Shown here piece after piece: positions 19,608-30,240 of a stretch of DNA of 64,000 nucleotides; the stretch's first letter is position 1; every line of letters begins with the position of its first letter. The DNA comes from Armatimonadota bacterium (GTDB taxonomy: Bacteria; Armatimonadota; SYMT01), in NCBI GenBank assembly GCA_041690135.1, contig JAWLHY010000004.1, forward strand, positions 192,001 to 256,000, written 5' to 3'. A model generated the notes under the pieces. That model ran no database searches, was not told the DNA's origin, and saw only the letters and a list, made by a program, of their open reading frames with translations. The position numbers and the translations under genes were made by a program.

Positions 19608-19857
19608 GGTTGGAAGGTTGCAGGTTGGAAGGTTGCAGGTTGCAGGTTGCAGGTTGCAGGTTGCAGGTTGAAGGTTGAAGGTTGAAGGTTGAAGGTTGAA
19701 GGTTGAAGCCCCCTCGGGGGCCAGGGGTTGAAGCCCCCTCGGGGGCCAGGGGTTGAAGCCCCCTCGGGGGCCAGGGGTTGAAGCCCCCTCGGGGGCCAGG
19801 GGTTGAAGCCCCCTCGGGGGCCAGGGGTTGGAACCGCCTCGGAGGGCAGGGGTTGAA
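19608..19857. repeat. About 13 GGTTG(C/A)A-type heptamers followed by a tandem array of a 25-bp palindromic unit (5 exact + 1 degenerate)
   Basis: GGTTGAAGCCCCCTCGGGGGCCAGG at 19701, 19726, 19751, 19776 and 19801; degenerate copy at 19826. Confidence 0.95.
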
Positions 19858-20003
19858 AACGCTTCGGGCCATTGCAGGTAGGGTCCCCCGCGGGGGCTGA
19901 AGAATGGCCGTAAATTGTCGCGGTGTTCTGCAGATTGCTAACACTTCGCCCGGGAGCCGGAGGCTAGCCAGCGCAGTTGCGCTCTGGGTGGGAGCCGGTT
20001 CAC

Positions 20004-20085
20004 AGCCCCGGAGGGGCGATGGGACATTAGCCGGGGGTGCGAACCCCCGGACCGCAGGCCGGCATGAAATAGCCCCGGAGGGGCG
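20004..20085. repeat. REP-like element: two AGCCCCGGAGGGGCG copies flanking a CCGGGGGT-GCGA-ACCCCCGG hairpin
   Basis: Direct repeats at 20004-18 and 20071-85; hairpin at 20031-50. Confidence 0.75.
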
Positions 20086-20160
20086 GCAGAGCGATAGGTG
20101 GTGAAAAACCTGCCTCGCCGTGAGGCGTGGGCGGGATGGCGCCGGATGCGCTTCCGTTCC

Positions 20161-20787
20161 CTAAAGAAAGGTGACGCTGTTAAAACCCAGTAACTTCAGG
20201 TGCTGCTGGAGGGCTTCGCGGGCGTTGGTTTCAGCGGTGTTGAGGACCCCCTGCTCCAATGCCGCGGCCTGGATCCGGTTCTCGGCTTCCTGGCGCACCC
20301 GCTTCTCCAGGTCGCGGTCCGGGCCCGTCAGGAAACCGGACTGGCGATCGAAGACTTCGCTCTTGCCGTTGTCGAGGCGCGTGTGGAAGATCTGCGGCTC
20401 CGGCAACCGCAGTTCTACCCGGTCCGACTTCACGCGGATATCGGGCGCTCCCAGGCGCGAGAGGTCCACTCCCGCCACGACTTCCCCGTGTCCGACGAAG
20501 AGGAGACGGTCCCCGGCGACCCAGGTCGGCAGGATGTTGCTCGTATCGCCGCGCACGATGACCTGGCCCTGATAGCGACACGTCTCCAGACGGTTCAACT
20601 TCTGGATCGCCTGTAGCACTGTCGGTCCGGCCGGCGCCGTACGGGTGGAAAGGCTGAATGGGTTCGGCACCAGTCCCGCCAGGAAACCGGCCGGGTTCAA
20701 CAGGCTCCGGGCCGCCGAAAACCCGGCGATGCCGAACGTCGCCGCCACCGCGGCAGCGATCCAGACTGAAGGAACGCGCGCTCTCAT
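20161..20787 (-). CDS. DUF4230 domain membrane-anchored protein
   Basis: ATG after AGGAG; N-terminal TM; IQKLNRLET, GEVVAGVDLS, LRLPEPQI, GVLNTAETNA. Confidence 0.82.
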   Translation of the reverse strand: MRARVPSVWIAAAVAATFGIAGFSAARSLLNPAGFLAGLVPNPFSLSTRTAPAGPTVLQAIQKLNRLETCRYQGQVIVRGDTSNILPTWVAGDRLLFVGHGEVVAGVDLSRLGAPDIRVKSDRVELRLPEPQIFHTRLDNGKSEVFDRQSGFLTGPDRDLEKRVRQEAENRIQAAALEQGVLNTAETNAREALQQHLKLLGFNSVTFL

Positions 20788-20976
20788 ATCTCCTAAGACG
20801 CCCTGGGGCACCCGGGCGTTCCCCTGTTGTGGTCCTACTTTCGTTGGCCGGGTTGCTGCGTTCCGCGGCGGGCAGAGTATACTTCTGTGGCGCAGGAAAG
20901 CAGCGGGCCGGTCGGTGAAACGATCCTGGCAGCGGACCCGTCATCAGGCCGGCGAACAGGTCGGAAAACGATCCTC

Positions 20977-23424
20977 ATGAACAGAACCACCCTCTCAACA
21001 GGCACCGGCAACCGTGATTCGCACCCCCAGGGTTCCGGTCGAAAGCCCACTGCTTTACTGGCGGCACTGGCCGCTACCCTGATCGGAGGCACGGCGCTGG
21101 CCCAGGCGCCCTCCCCGGCTGTGGCTCCGGGCCCCCTGCGCGTCGAAACCCGCCGGGACCGGCACCCGCAGGTGGAGACGGACGCGCGGGGCAACCTGGT
21201 GTTCCGCAACCTGCACCTGGTAGCAGTCCTGGAGAAGCGTGCCGATGGTTTCGGGCCCCTCACGCTGTTTCCCGCGTCCCGACCCACCCGCCTCGGCTCC
21301 CTCCCCATCGCCTTCGTACCGGAGCTGGCACGGGTTACCTGGCGGGACGGCGGCACCGAAAGGTCCGGCGCCTTCCAGCCCCAGGCGGCGCGGATTTCCG
21401 GGGACGACCGGGTGGTGCTCTCCGGGTCCGTGCGTGACGGCGACGATTCCTGGGCCGCCGAGGCGGTGCTAAGCATTGGTGACGAGCCGTGGCTCAACTG
21501 GCAGGTAGCGGTCCGGCCGGCAGAAGCAACCGGTCTTCTGCGCTTCGCCGCCCTCCCGCTCCGGGCGGGGCGCGGCGGCCCCAGTGAGGCGCTGGTCCCT
21601 GGCGTGTTCTTTGCGCGCTACAACGAGACGCTCGAGACCCCGGCCCCGCCGGCCCGGCCCCTGGTGCCCAACCCACTCCACCTGACGGCCCCCGTGATGG
21701 CGATGGCGGCCGAGGACACCACCGTGGCGCTGCTGTGGGATATGCAGCAGACCACCGGCACGGGCGGCCTGCCTTCCGCGCTCTTCGATGCACCGGGCGC
21801 GCCGGATAGCCCGGCGGGGGCGGAAAACTACCGGATGGAGCTGTTCCTGCCTTCGGTGCCGAACCCGGTGGAGCCGAACCATGAGCAGGCCACGGAGCCG
21901 CTGGCGGTGGCCGCCAACACTGAGTTGCGCCTGGCCGGCAAGCTGCTGGTGGCGCCCGGACTGAACGACGCGACCGCCGCGATCCGACAGTGGACCCGCG
22001 CCTATCCGAACCGCTTCCGCGAGCTGGACGTGAAGGAGCCGCGTTCGATCGAGGCGACGCGCCGGCTCTCCCGGCAGACACTGCTGGGGAACACCGGGGA
22101 GGTCACCCCGCTGGAAGCCGTGGCCCTGCGGACCGAAGCCGGCCTGGTGGGCCGGGGCCGGGATGCTGTCGCCCTCCGCGAGGGCGCCGACCGGGCCACG
22201 GACGCGCTCCGGCAGGAGGGCGTCCTGGAGCCTCGCCTGGCCTATCGCGTCGGCGGCGTAATCCCTAGCCTCGCCCGGGAAGAGTCCGAAGTCTACCGGA
22301 TAATCGACGCCCAGCTCCCCGACGGAAGTTGGGCCGAAGCGCTCCCACCGAATGAGAATGTAGTCGTGCAGCCGGGTCTCCGAGGGGTTGGGGTCACAGC
22401 GGTGCACGCGCTGCCGGTACTCCGGTACGCCGCGCTTACGGGCAACAGCAATGCCGCCGGATCCGGTTATCGCGCTCTCGAGTATCTCTCCGAGTACGTC
22501 TACGGACGCCCCAAGGGCCGCTACCGCATCCCACGGATGGTGCAGGGCGACGGCAACGCTCCCAGCCTCCCGTCGCTCTACGTGGCCGCCGACGTGGCCG
22601 AGTGTTTCCTGCTGGGCTACCAGGTAACCGGTGAGATTCGCTTCCTGGAAGAGGCCCGCTTCTGGGCCGATACCGGCCTGCCGTTCATCTATCTCTGGTC
22701 GGCATCGCAGAAGCCGGTCCTGCCCGGCGCCGCCCTACCGGTCATCGGCGAGCGGCCCGGCATCGCCGAGCAGTTGGCGGGGCTCGCTTTCGCGCGGGTA
22801 CTGCTCGACCTGGACCGCTATCGCGACGACGACCTCTACGAGAAGGTAATCCACAGCATCGTCGTCAGCACCATGCACCAGCAGGCGACAATGGGCGCCG
22901 ACGCCGGCACCTACCCGCTGCACTGGAACGTGCTCTCCGGCCAGCCCGAGGGCGTTCGCCTGCAGCCGGACCTGCTGCTTTCGGTGATCCACGACCGCCA
23001 GGGCTATGCCCCCGAGGTCTCGCACCGCCGCATCCGCGTGGGCCCAGACCGCCTCTTCGTCGCCAGCGGCGCCACCATCAAACAGGTGGACAGCACAGCG
23101 TTCCGGCTCCGCCTGGACCTGCACTGGCTGGAGGACGCGGAGACGATCACGACGGTCGCCGGAGTACCAGGCCGGCCGATCAGCGTCGAATACAACACCT
23201 CTCGCCTGCGCCGTCGCGGCATTCCCGTGAGCCGCCGCTTCCTGCCCGAAGCGGACGCGCCGGAGCAGCCGGGCTGGAGCTACAACGAGGAAACCGGCCT
23301 GCTCACGCTCCGCCTGGAGCACACCGGGGGCGAGGATGAGTTGGAGATCCGCTGGGCCAATCCTGTTGAGCGGTTTCCGGTAGACCGGATCGACCGGCGC
23401 GCCCGGAGCCGGCGGGGAACCTGA
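20977..23424 (+). CDS. Large secreted hypothetical protein: beta-rich N-terminus, probable alpha/alpha-barrel C-terminal half
   Basis: Signal-like LLAALAATLIGGTALA; IIDAQLPDGSW and GYQVTGEIRFLEEARFWA repeats; strong GC3 codon bias. Confidence 0.65.
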   Translation: MNRTTLSTGTGNRDSHPQGSGRKPTALLAALAATLIGGTALAQAPSPAVAPGPLRVETRRDRHPQVETDARGNLVFRNLHLVAVLEKRADGFGPLTLFPASRPTRLGSLPIAFVPELARVTWRDGGTERSGAFQPQAARISGDDRVVLSGSVRDGDDSWAAEAVLSIGDEPWLNWQVAVRPAEATGLLRFAALPLRAGRGGPSEALVPGVFFARYNETLETPAPPARPLVPNPLHLTAPVMAMAAEDTTVALLWDMQQTTGTGGLPSALFDAPGAPDSPAGAENYRMELFLPSVPNPVEPNHEQATEPLAVAANTELRLAGKLLVAPGLNDATAAIRQWTRAYPNRFRELDVKEPRSIEATRRLSRQTLLGNTGEVTPLEAVALRTEAGLVGRGRDAVALREGADRATDALRQEGVLEPRLAYRVGGVIPSLAREESEVYRIIDAQLPDGSWAEALPPNENVVVQPGLRGVGVTAVHALPVLRYAALTGNSNAAGSGYRALEYLSEYVYGRPKGRYRIPRMVQGDGNAPSLPSLYVAADVAECFLLGYQVTGEIRFLEEARFWADTGLPFIYLWSASQKPVLPGAALPVIGERPGIAEQLAGLAFARVLLDLDRYRDDDLYEKVIHSIVVSTMHQQATMGADAGTYPLHWNVLSGQPEGVRLQPDLLLSVIHDRQGYAPEVSHRRIRVGPDRLFVASGATIKQVDSTAFRLRLDLHWLEDAETITTVAGVPGRPISVEYNTSRLRRRGIPVSRRFLPEADAPEQPGWSYNEETGLLTLRLEHTGGEDELEIRWANPVERFPVDRIDRRARSRRGT

Positions 23425-23810
23425 AACGGATAAGGACCTGGGCAGATAAAGATAGGGATAAAGAGGGCCGTTGAGCCCAGGATGGGATAGACGGTCCGGG
23501 ATGAGGTTGCAGGCACCGCACCGGGTGAGCCGAATGGTTCGCCCGGTGCGGTTTTTTGTCACCCGGTTGGAACCCCAGGGTAACAAGTCCCCTTCCGCTG
23601 TGTTAGAATCACCCGGCCATATCGCAAACGCTTTTTTGCCACCGATCGGTGCGAAGCGGGCCAACCGAACGGCTCGGACGACGACACTTCCCCGACCTTG
23701 CAGAAGGGTGGGTTTCATTGCCCGAACGTTTACCCACCACAGGGGGGCCTGAACGCCCGAACACCCGAACACCCGAACACCTGACCTTTACACATTACGC
23801 ATTCAGACCC

Positions 23811-26800
23811 ATGCCTCTCGACCGCATTTCCATCCGGGGCGCCCGGCACCATAACCTGAAGAATATCGACGTCGAGATCCCGCGCGACAAGCTGGTGGTC
23901 ATCACGGGAGTATCCGGCTCCGGGAAGTCGAGCCTGGCCTTCGACACCATCTACGCGGAAGGGCAGCGCCGCTACGTGGAGAGCCTCTCCGCCTACGCCC
24001 GGCAGTTCCTGGGACAGATGGACAAGCCGGACGTCGACTACATCGAGGGTCTTTCACCCGCGGTGTCGATCGACCAGAAGTCGACCTCGCGCAACCCCCG
24101 CTCCACCGTGGCGACGGTGACGGAGATCTACGACTACCTCCGACTGCTCTACGCCCGCATCGGCGTTCCCCACTGCCCGAAGTGCGGGAAGCCGATCACG
24201 CAGCAGAGCGTGCAGCAGATGGTCGACTCCGTGCTGGAGCTGCCCGAGGGGTCACGCATCCAGGTGCTGGCGCCGGTAGTCCGCGGGCGAAAGGGGGAGT
24301 ACCGGGCGGAACTGGAAGACATCCGCAAGCAGGGCTTCGTGCGCGTGCGGGTCGACGGCCAGATGCATGAGGTGACCGACGATATCCAGCTCGACCGCTA
24401 TAAACAGCACACCATCGAGGTAGTGGTCGACCGCCTGATTCGGCGCGAAGGGGTGGAGAGCCGCCTGGCCGAAAGCATCGAAAGCGCCCTCAAGCTCACC
24501 GGCGGCATCCTCGGCATCCTCTACGAAGCCCCAAAGGCGGGGGCCGGGGGTCAGGGGTCGGGGAGTGGAGGGGAGGGGACAGGGACCGGTGCAGGTTCCG
24601 GAAGTCCTAATCCTAATCCTAGTCCTAGTCCTAGTCCAGAAGCGGGTGAGCTGACCTTCTCGGAGCACTTCTCGTGTGTGGACTGCGGGGTAAGCCTGGA
24701 CGAGATCGCACCGCGCAATTTCTCCTTCAACAGTCCCTACGGCGCCTGCCCCTCCTGCCACGGGCTCGGTACCCACACGGAGTTCGACGCGAACCTGGTG
24801 CTCGACCCGGAAAAGAGCATCGAGCAGGGCGGGGTCATCCCGTTTGCCTCTACCACCAGCGACTACGTGAACCAGATCCTGCGCTCCGTCGCGCGCGTGG
24901 GCGGGCACACGGAGAAAACCCCGCTAGGTGAATGGAGCGAAGCGGCCCGCAAGATCCTGCTGCATGGCACGAAAGAGCCGATTCCGGTCACCTACACCAA
25001 CCCGCACGGCCGGCGCCGCAGCTACAACGCCCAGTTCGAGGGCGTAATCGGCATGCTGCAGCGCCGCTACACCGAGACTTCCTCCCAGATGATGAAGGAG
25101 GACCTGGAGCGGTACCAATCCACCCATCCCTGCGGCGCCTGTAAAGGCGCGCGCCTCAAGCCGGAGTCGCTGTCGGTCACCATCGGCGATCGGCATATCT
25201 CGCACATCACTGCCCTATCCATTCAGAAGGCGCTACAGTGGATCGGAAGCCTGGAGCTCAGTGAACGGGAACAGGTGATCGGACGGCAGATCCTGAAAGA
25301 GATCGGCACCCGGCTCGGCTTTCTCAAGGACGTGGGGCTCAACTACCTGACCCTGGACCGTGCTGCCGCGACGCTAGCAGGCGGGGAGGCGCAGCGAATC
25401 CGGCTCGCTACCCAGATCGGCTCCGGGCTGATGGGGGTGCTCTACATCCTGGATGAGCCCTCCATCGGGCTGCACCAGCGGGACAACCAGCGCCTCATCG
25501 ATACCCTGATCCGTCTGCGCAACCTGGGCAACACCATCCTGGTGGTGGAGCACGACGAGGAGACGATCGCCGCCGCGGACTGGGTCATCGACATCGGACC
25601 GGGTGCGGGCGAGCGGGGCGGGCACGTCGTCGCGGCCGGCACTCCCCAGGAAGTCGCGCAGAACCCGGAATCCGTGACGGGCGCGTTCCTCTCCGGCCTG
25701 GCCCGCATCGAGGTCCCGCAGCAGCGCCGACAGCCCAACGGCAAGTACTTCGAGCTGATCGGCGCCCGCGCGCACAACCTGAAGAACGTCTCGGTCCGCA
25801 TCCCCCTCGGCTGCTTCGTGGCGATCACCGGTGTCTCCGGCTCGGGGAAATCCACCCTGCTCCAGGAGACCCTCTACCCACGCCTGATGCAGAAGATCTA
25901 CAAGACGCGCACCGTCTGGGGCGAGCACGACGAGCTGCGCGGCGCGGAGCACGTGGACAAGGTTATCGACATCGACCAGTCCCCTATCGGCCGCACCCCG
26001 CGCTCCAACCCGGCGACCTACACCGGCGTGTTCGACCTGATTCGCGACCTGTTCGCCGCTACTTCCGAGGCGAAGGTGCGTGGCTACAAACCCGGCCGGT
26101 TCAGCTTCAACGTGAAGGGCGGCCGCTGCGAGAGCTGCAAGGGCGACGGCATCATCAAGATCGAGATGCACTTCCTGCCGGACGTCTACGTGCCGTGCGA
26201 GGTCTGCAAGGGGAAGCGGTACAACCGCGAGACCCTGGAAGTCCACTACCGCGGCAAGACGATCTCCGAAGTGCTCGATATGACGGTCGCCGAGGCCTGC
26301 GAGCTGTTCGAGAACATCCCGCCGATCGCGCGCAAGTTGAAGACGATCCGCGACGTGGGCCTGGACTACATCCGACTGGGACAGCCCGCCACCACCCTCT
26401 CCGGCGGCGAGGCACAGCGCGTCAAGCTGGCGACCGAACTCAGCAAGCGCTCTACCGGGCGAACCGTCTACATCCTGGACGAGCCGACCACCGGTCTGCA
26501 CTTCCGCGACATCCAGAACCTGCTGGCCGTGCTGACGCGGCTGGTCGAGACGGGGAACACCGTCATTGTCATCGAGCACAACCTCGACGTGATCAAGACG
26601 GCGGACTGGATCATCGACATGGGTCCCGAGGGCGGCGACGGCGGCGGCCAGGTGGTGGTCACCGGCACCCCGGAAGAAGTAGCCCACTGCGAGGCCAGCC
26701 ACACCGGCCGCTATCTGAAGAAGGTTCTCGCCCAGCAGGGCTACCTCGACCTCGGCCCCGCCTCCAATGGCGACGCCCCGGCTTCCGGTGATGGTGCCTC

Positions 26801-26969
26801 CACCGGCGCTCCCGAACCCGAAGAAGTCCCCACAGCAGCGGCGGCAGCCTCCAGCAACGGCAGCAGCCCCGACGGCCAGAGCACCAGCGACGGCAAAGCC
26901 GCCGAAGCCGCCAAGCCCACCCGAGCCCGCGGCGGACGCAAGAAAACCGCCACCCAAGCGGAGAAGTAA
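23811..26969 (+). CDS. uvrA: Excinuclease ABC subunit A
   Basis: [35 protein letters not shown], two ABC domains, zinc fingers, [12 protein letters not shown]. Confidence 0.98.
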   Translation: MPLDRISIRGARHHNLKNIDVEIPRDKLVVITGVSGSGKSSLAFDTIYAEGQRRYVESLSAYARQFLGQMDKPDVDYIEGLSPAVSIDQKSTSRNPRSTVATVTEIYDYLRLLYARIGVPHCPKCGKPITQQSVQQMVDSVLELPEGSRIQVLAPVVRGRKGEYRAELEDIRKQGFVRVRVDGQMHEVTDDIQLDRYKQHTIEVVVDRLIRREGVESRLAESIESALKLTGGILGILYEAPKAGAGGQGSGSGGEGTGTGAGSGSPNPNPSPSPSPEAGELTFSEHFSCVDCGVSLDEIAPRNFSFNSPYGACPSCHGLGTHTEFDANLVLDPEKSIEQGGVIPFASTTSDYVNQILRSVARVGGHTEKTPLGEWSEAARKILLHGTKEPIPVTYTNPHGRRRSYNAQFEGVIGMLQRRYTETSSQMMKEDLERYQSTHPCGACKGARLKPESLSVTIGDRHISHITALSIQKALQWIGSLELSEREQVIGRQILKEIGTRLGFLKDVGLNYLTLDRAAATLAGGEAQRIRLATQIGSGLMGVLYILDEPSIGLHQRDNQRLIDTLIRLRNLGNTILVVEHDEETIAAADWVIDIGPGAGERGGHVVAAGTPQEVAQNPESVTGAFLSGLARIEVPQQRRQPNGKYFELIGARAHNLKNVSVRIPLGCFVAITGVSGSGKSTLLQETLYPRLMQKIYKTRTVWGEHDELRGAEHVDKVIDIDQSPIGRTPRSNPATYTGVFDLIRDLFAATSEAKVRGYKPGRFSFNVKGGRCESCKGDGIIKIEMHFLPDVYVPCEVCKGKRYNRETLEVHYRGKTISEVLDMTVAEACELFENIPPIARKLKTIRDVGLDYIRLGQPATTLSGGEAQRVKLATELSKRSTGRTVYILDEPTTGLHFRDIQNLLAVLTRLVETGNTVIVIEHNLDVIKTADWIIDMGPEGGDGGGQVVVTGTPEEVAHCEASHTGRYLKKVLAQQGYLDLGPASNGDAPASGDGASTGAPEPEEVPTAAAAASSNGSSPDGQSTSDGKAAEAAKPTRARGGRKKTATQAEK

Positions 26970-27476
26970 CGACCAGACCGAAGCTGGCGCTTGCAGGTCA
27001 TTGCGAGGAGGGATAGTGCTCCGACGACTTCCCAGACCTGCACCGCCCCAAGGCCGGAGCGCAGCCATTATGCACCCGCACCCCGGTACCCGACGTGGCA
27101 AGCCCCCTGGTCAGGGAAGCCTTCATTACGCGGACTTGGCGGCGAGGGGCTCGGGGGTCGACGGCGAAGTTCATCCGAAGCTGTAGCTACACTCCTAAGG
27201 GTTGCGTGGAAGTAACTCAGCAGGTACGGTACATCAAGTGGATGCCGACACCCGCGCGCGGGTACCCGGCGCCGTCACTCCGGCAAGGCTCGCCAACCTA
27301 CGTGCAGAAACAGGTTCGTGCCAAGAGGTCAAGTACTGTTCAGATCTTCTCCCAACCCCTCTGCTAAATCTGCCGCAGGTTCAGGCCCTGCAAACCTATC
27401 AGGGGGATTTGCCTCTTTCTATCTCTGCAGGGATAATTGTGTGAAGTTGGAGAGGGAGAAGTGGGGAGTAGCGACT

Positions 27477-27812
27477 ATGCCGGCTACCGTTGAACGACTC
27501 AAGGAGAAAATCGCCGACCTGCAGCGAGGGTTAGCGGAAGTCAGTGCCGCACTCGACGAACTGACCCAGCAACAGGCGGAGCGGGACTATGGAGCGGTGC
27601 CCCTGAATGAGCCCGACCCGCTTGGAGGCGCCAGTTTTGCCGATTCCCGCGAGGTACTCCGTCTGTTCGACCGTGCTTCCGCCGAGATGGGCATGGAGTT
27701 GCCGAAGGACGCACCCACTCCCGAAGACGTGCAGGAACTCATGCTGCGCGAGGGTGTTCAGCCACAAGACAACATTCTCAGCCGCGGGATCATCGATGCC
27801 CGGGAAGAGTAG
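27477..27812 (+). CDS. Putative antitoxin (small acidic protein with N-terminal coiled coil)
   Basis: GGGGAG RBS; ends 3 nt before the PIN gene; C-terminal LSRGIIDAREE resembles VapB-type tails. Confidence 0.55.
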   Translation: MPATVERLKEKIADLQRGLAEVSAALDELTQQQAERDYGAVPLNEPDPLGGASFADSREVLRLFDRASAEMGMELPKDAPTPEDVQELMLREGVQPQDNILSRGIIDAREE

Positions 27813-27815
27813 GAC

Positions 27816-28313
27816 GTGACTTACTTCTACTTCGACGCGAGTGCGTTAGGGAAGCGGTACGCGGCCGAGATCGGATCCACGCTGGTGTCCCACCTGTTTG
27901 CGGCCACACCACACAGCCACTTCATCGTACTGCTCGCTGCAATCGGAGAGACGCTTTCTATCCTCGTCCGCCGTCGGAACGGCCAACTGTTAACACCGAA
28001 GGCCTACCAGGCAGCGTATGCGGCAATGCGGGCGGAACTCCTGGAGGCCGGCCAGATCCGCCTTCAATCGGTGGAAGACGCGCTGGTGGTAGCCTCACTT
28101 CCGTTGATCGAGCGACACTCCATCAATTCCACTGACGCGCTGGTGTTGCGTTCCGCACTCGACTTGGCCGCACTCTTGCGTAGCCGCGGCCACACGTTAG
28201 TGATGGTTGCTGCGGACGCCCGCCTGGTACGAGCCGCCGCTGCGGAAGGCTTGAGTACCTTCAACCCGGAGTCAGATAACCACGAGAAGCTGGACGCGCT
28301 GATCACTGCTTGA
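27816..28313 (+). CDS. PIN-domain (VapC-like) toxin
   Basis: YFYFDASALGKRY..EIGS, INSTDALVL, AADARL...AAEGL.TFNP. Confidence 0.82.
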   Translation: MTYFYFDASALGKRYAAEIGSTLVSHLFAATPHSHFIVLLAAIGETLSILVRRRNGQLLTPKAYQAAYAAMRAELLEAGQIRLQSVEDALVVASLPLIERHSINSTDALVLRSALDLAALLRSRGHTLVMVAADARLVRAAAAEGLSTFNPESDNHEKLDALITA

Positions 28314-28361
28314 TCCGTGCTCAGCACGCAGTGCCTTTCGGACACCACCCCTTTCGCGGCT

Positions 28362-29957
28362 TTACTCCGCGCGGGGCAGGTCCATGGCCCAGGGGTAGAT
28401 CGCCTTCAGGGCGGCGCGGGCATCGTCCTGGGGATGGTCCAGGCACTCCAGCAACGCGGTCCCGCGGACGGCGGCGTTGGGGCTCTTGAGAAGCTCCTCG
28501 ATCTCGGCGCGGGTGAGGCTGTGCTGCCAGACGGCCCGGGTGGCTTCCTCGAACTGGAGCGGCGCCAGCTCCCGCGCGCGCTCCTCGCTCATCCGGCAGT
28601 ACTTCAGCAAGAACTTCTTGCTCTCGGCGGTCTTCAGCTCGCCCAGCGCGGGGATGAGGTACATCTTCGCCCGGAAATCGGTCCACCCGAGGGGGTGCTC
28701 GCCGAAGGCGGGATTCCGCACCCGCTTGAGCTCGGGATCGACGCGGTTGAAGGTCTCGATCAGGAGCGGGACCGAAGCCTCGGACTTCAGCATTCCCAAT
28801 GCGCGGATCGCCATGGCGCCATCCAGGCCGTGGTACATCCAGTCCGGGTGCAGGCTGCGGTGGCGGACCTGGTACTCCAGAAGCTGCGCGACCACGCTGG
28901 AGTGCTGGTCCAGCATCCCCAGGCGCTGCGCGGCCCAGGCACGGTCGAGAATCCGGGAGGTCCGTTCGCGCTGGAACAACTCCGTGCCCGCCAGGTTACT
29001 CCGTTCCGGCAGAGTGACGGCGCCCAGGATCGCCATCAGGGCCGCCGGGTCGCGCGGGTTCGTCTTGCGGGCGCGCTCCTCCAGGTGGATCGACGGGACG
29101 AGGGCTCCCGCTTCGGTCGCGGATGTGAGCGGTCGGTACTCCCAGTCCCGGTGCAGTTTCTTCGGCAGCGCGACCTTCTGGATCAGCGTTCGCTTCAGCA
29201 CCCGGGCGGCCACGCGGGGGTCGTCCACCATAATCAGCTCGCCGGGTTGGGACAGGGCCGCGGCGACGGCATCGGGGTCGGTGTCCTTGCGCCCCGCATA
29301 CAGGCCGGGTGCCTTGTAACGGAGGGGCCAGCAGCGCTTGTCCTGGAGCAGCTTCGGCGCGGTGGAGCTGTTCACCGCCACCACGTGGTCCCAGGCATCC
29401 GCGCGGGTGAGCAGTTCGGCGATGTCCGCTTCCAGGTTCGGCTCTTTCACGTCCAGATGCAGAAGCATGGCCCGCTGCTGTGCCAGGGCGAGCAGCGCCG
29501 CGAAAGTCGGGGGACGGGTCGCCCGGTTTGCCCGCCCGTAAACGAAACGCGGCTGGAGGGAAAGCAGATGATAATAGGGGTTCTGGTTGACCGTTCCGAA
29601 ACCATCGGTCAGCCGGTCCAGCATGTCGTCGTGGAAGAGGACAAGCACACCATCGCTGGTCCGGCGAAGGTCCACCTCACAGCCGTCCGCGCCGTAGTCC
29701 ATGGCCGCGGCGTAGGCTTCCAGCGTGTTCTCCGGCGCGAACGCGGCGGCGCCCCGGTGCACGATAACGGAGGGCCCCTTCCGGCGCAGGGCCACGCGCT
29801 CGTGTCGCCCGAAGCGCTCCCGCTCCGGTTCCATCCCCACGTCGTTCACGTAACCGCGCAGCTTCGGCGGCTTCCGCGGCTTGGCGGGCGTGGAGGGAGC
29901 GAGCAGGCCCAGGAGGACCAGGCTGGAGGTAGAGATGACGGCCAGGCGAAGGTTCAT
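28362..29957 (-). CDS. Secreted glycerophosphodiester phosphodiesterase with C-terminal HEAT-like helical repeats
   Basis: VHRGA...PENTLEAY...GADGCEVDL..TSDGVLVLFHD; C-terminal AAQRLG/AIRALG/IPALGE repeats. Confidence 0.8.
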   Translation of the reverse strand: MNLRLAVISTSSLVLLGLLAPSTPAKPRKPPKLRGYVNDVGMEPERERFGRHERVALRRKGPSVIVHRGAAAFAPENTLEAYAAAMDYGADGCEVDLRRTSDGVLVLFHDDMLDRLTDGFGTVNQNPYYHLLSLQPRFVYGRANRATRPPTFAALLALAQQRAMLLHLDVKEPNLEADIAELLTRADAWDHVVAVNSSTAPKLLQDKRCWPLRYKAPGLYAGRKDTDPDAVAAALSQPGELIMVDDPRVAARVLKRTLIQKVALPKKLHRDWEYRPLTSATEAGALVPSIHLEERARKTNPRDPAALMAILGAVTLPERSNLAGTELFQRERTSRILDRAWAAQRLGMLDQHSSVVAQLLEYQVRHRSLHPDWMYHGLDGAMAIRALGMLKSEASVPLLIETFNRVDPELKRVRNPAFGEHPLGWTDFRAKMYLIPALGELKTAESKKFLLKYCRMSEERARELAPLQFEEATRAVWQHSLTRAEIEELLKSPNAAVRGTALLECLDHPQDDARAALKAIYPWAMDLPRAE

Positions 29958-30240
29958 AGGTAGCTGAAAACTCTTGAAAACCGGGTGGCCCGGTAGCGAG
30001 GCCTGTACGGAAGCCGGTCCCTCTTCTGTTTCGGCAGAAGGCAACCGGAGGCCTCCAAGGTACTTCGGCCGCTGCCCGGTGGATCAATTGCCGGACAGGG
30101 GCAATAGCACCTTGCCGTACTTCGACCCCTTCGGCCCCCTGCCCCCCAATCCTGGGGGAATGATCAAACTTCTGCCGGGTTCTTCAACGCAGGCCCAAGG
30201 TGCGTATCTCTGACCGTTTCGGCCCTTTGCCCCCGCCACC

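Noticed and set aside
19701-19850. 25-bp palindromic repeats as a CRISPR array
   Set aside because: Units are head-to-tail with no spacers, and no cas genes are present.
23425-23810. LexA/SOS box upstream of uvrA
   Set aside because: No clear GAAC-N4-GTTC or CTG-N10-CAG site seen; the GAAC hits belong to the CCCGAACA repeat.
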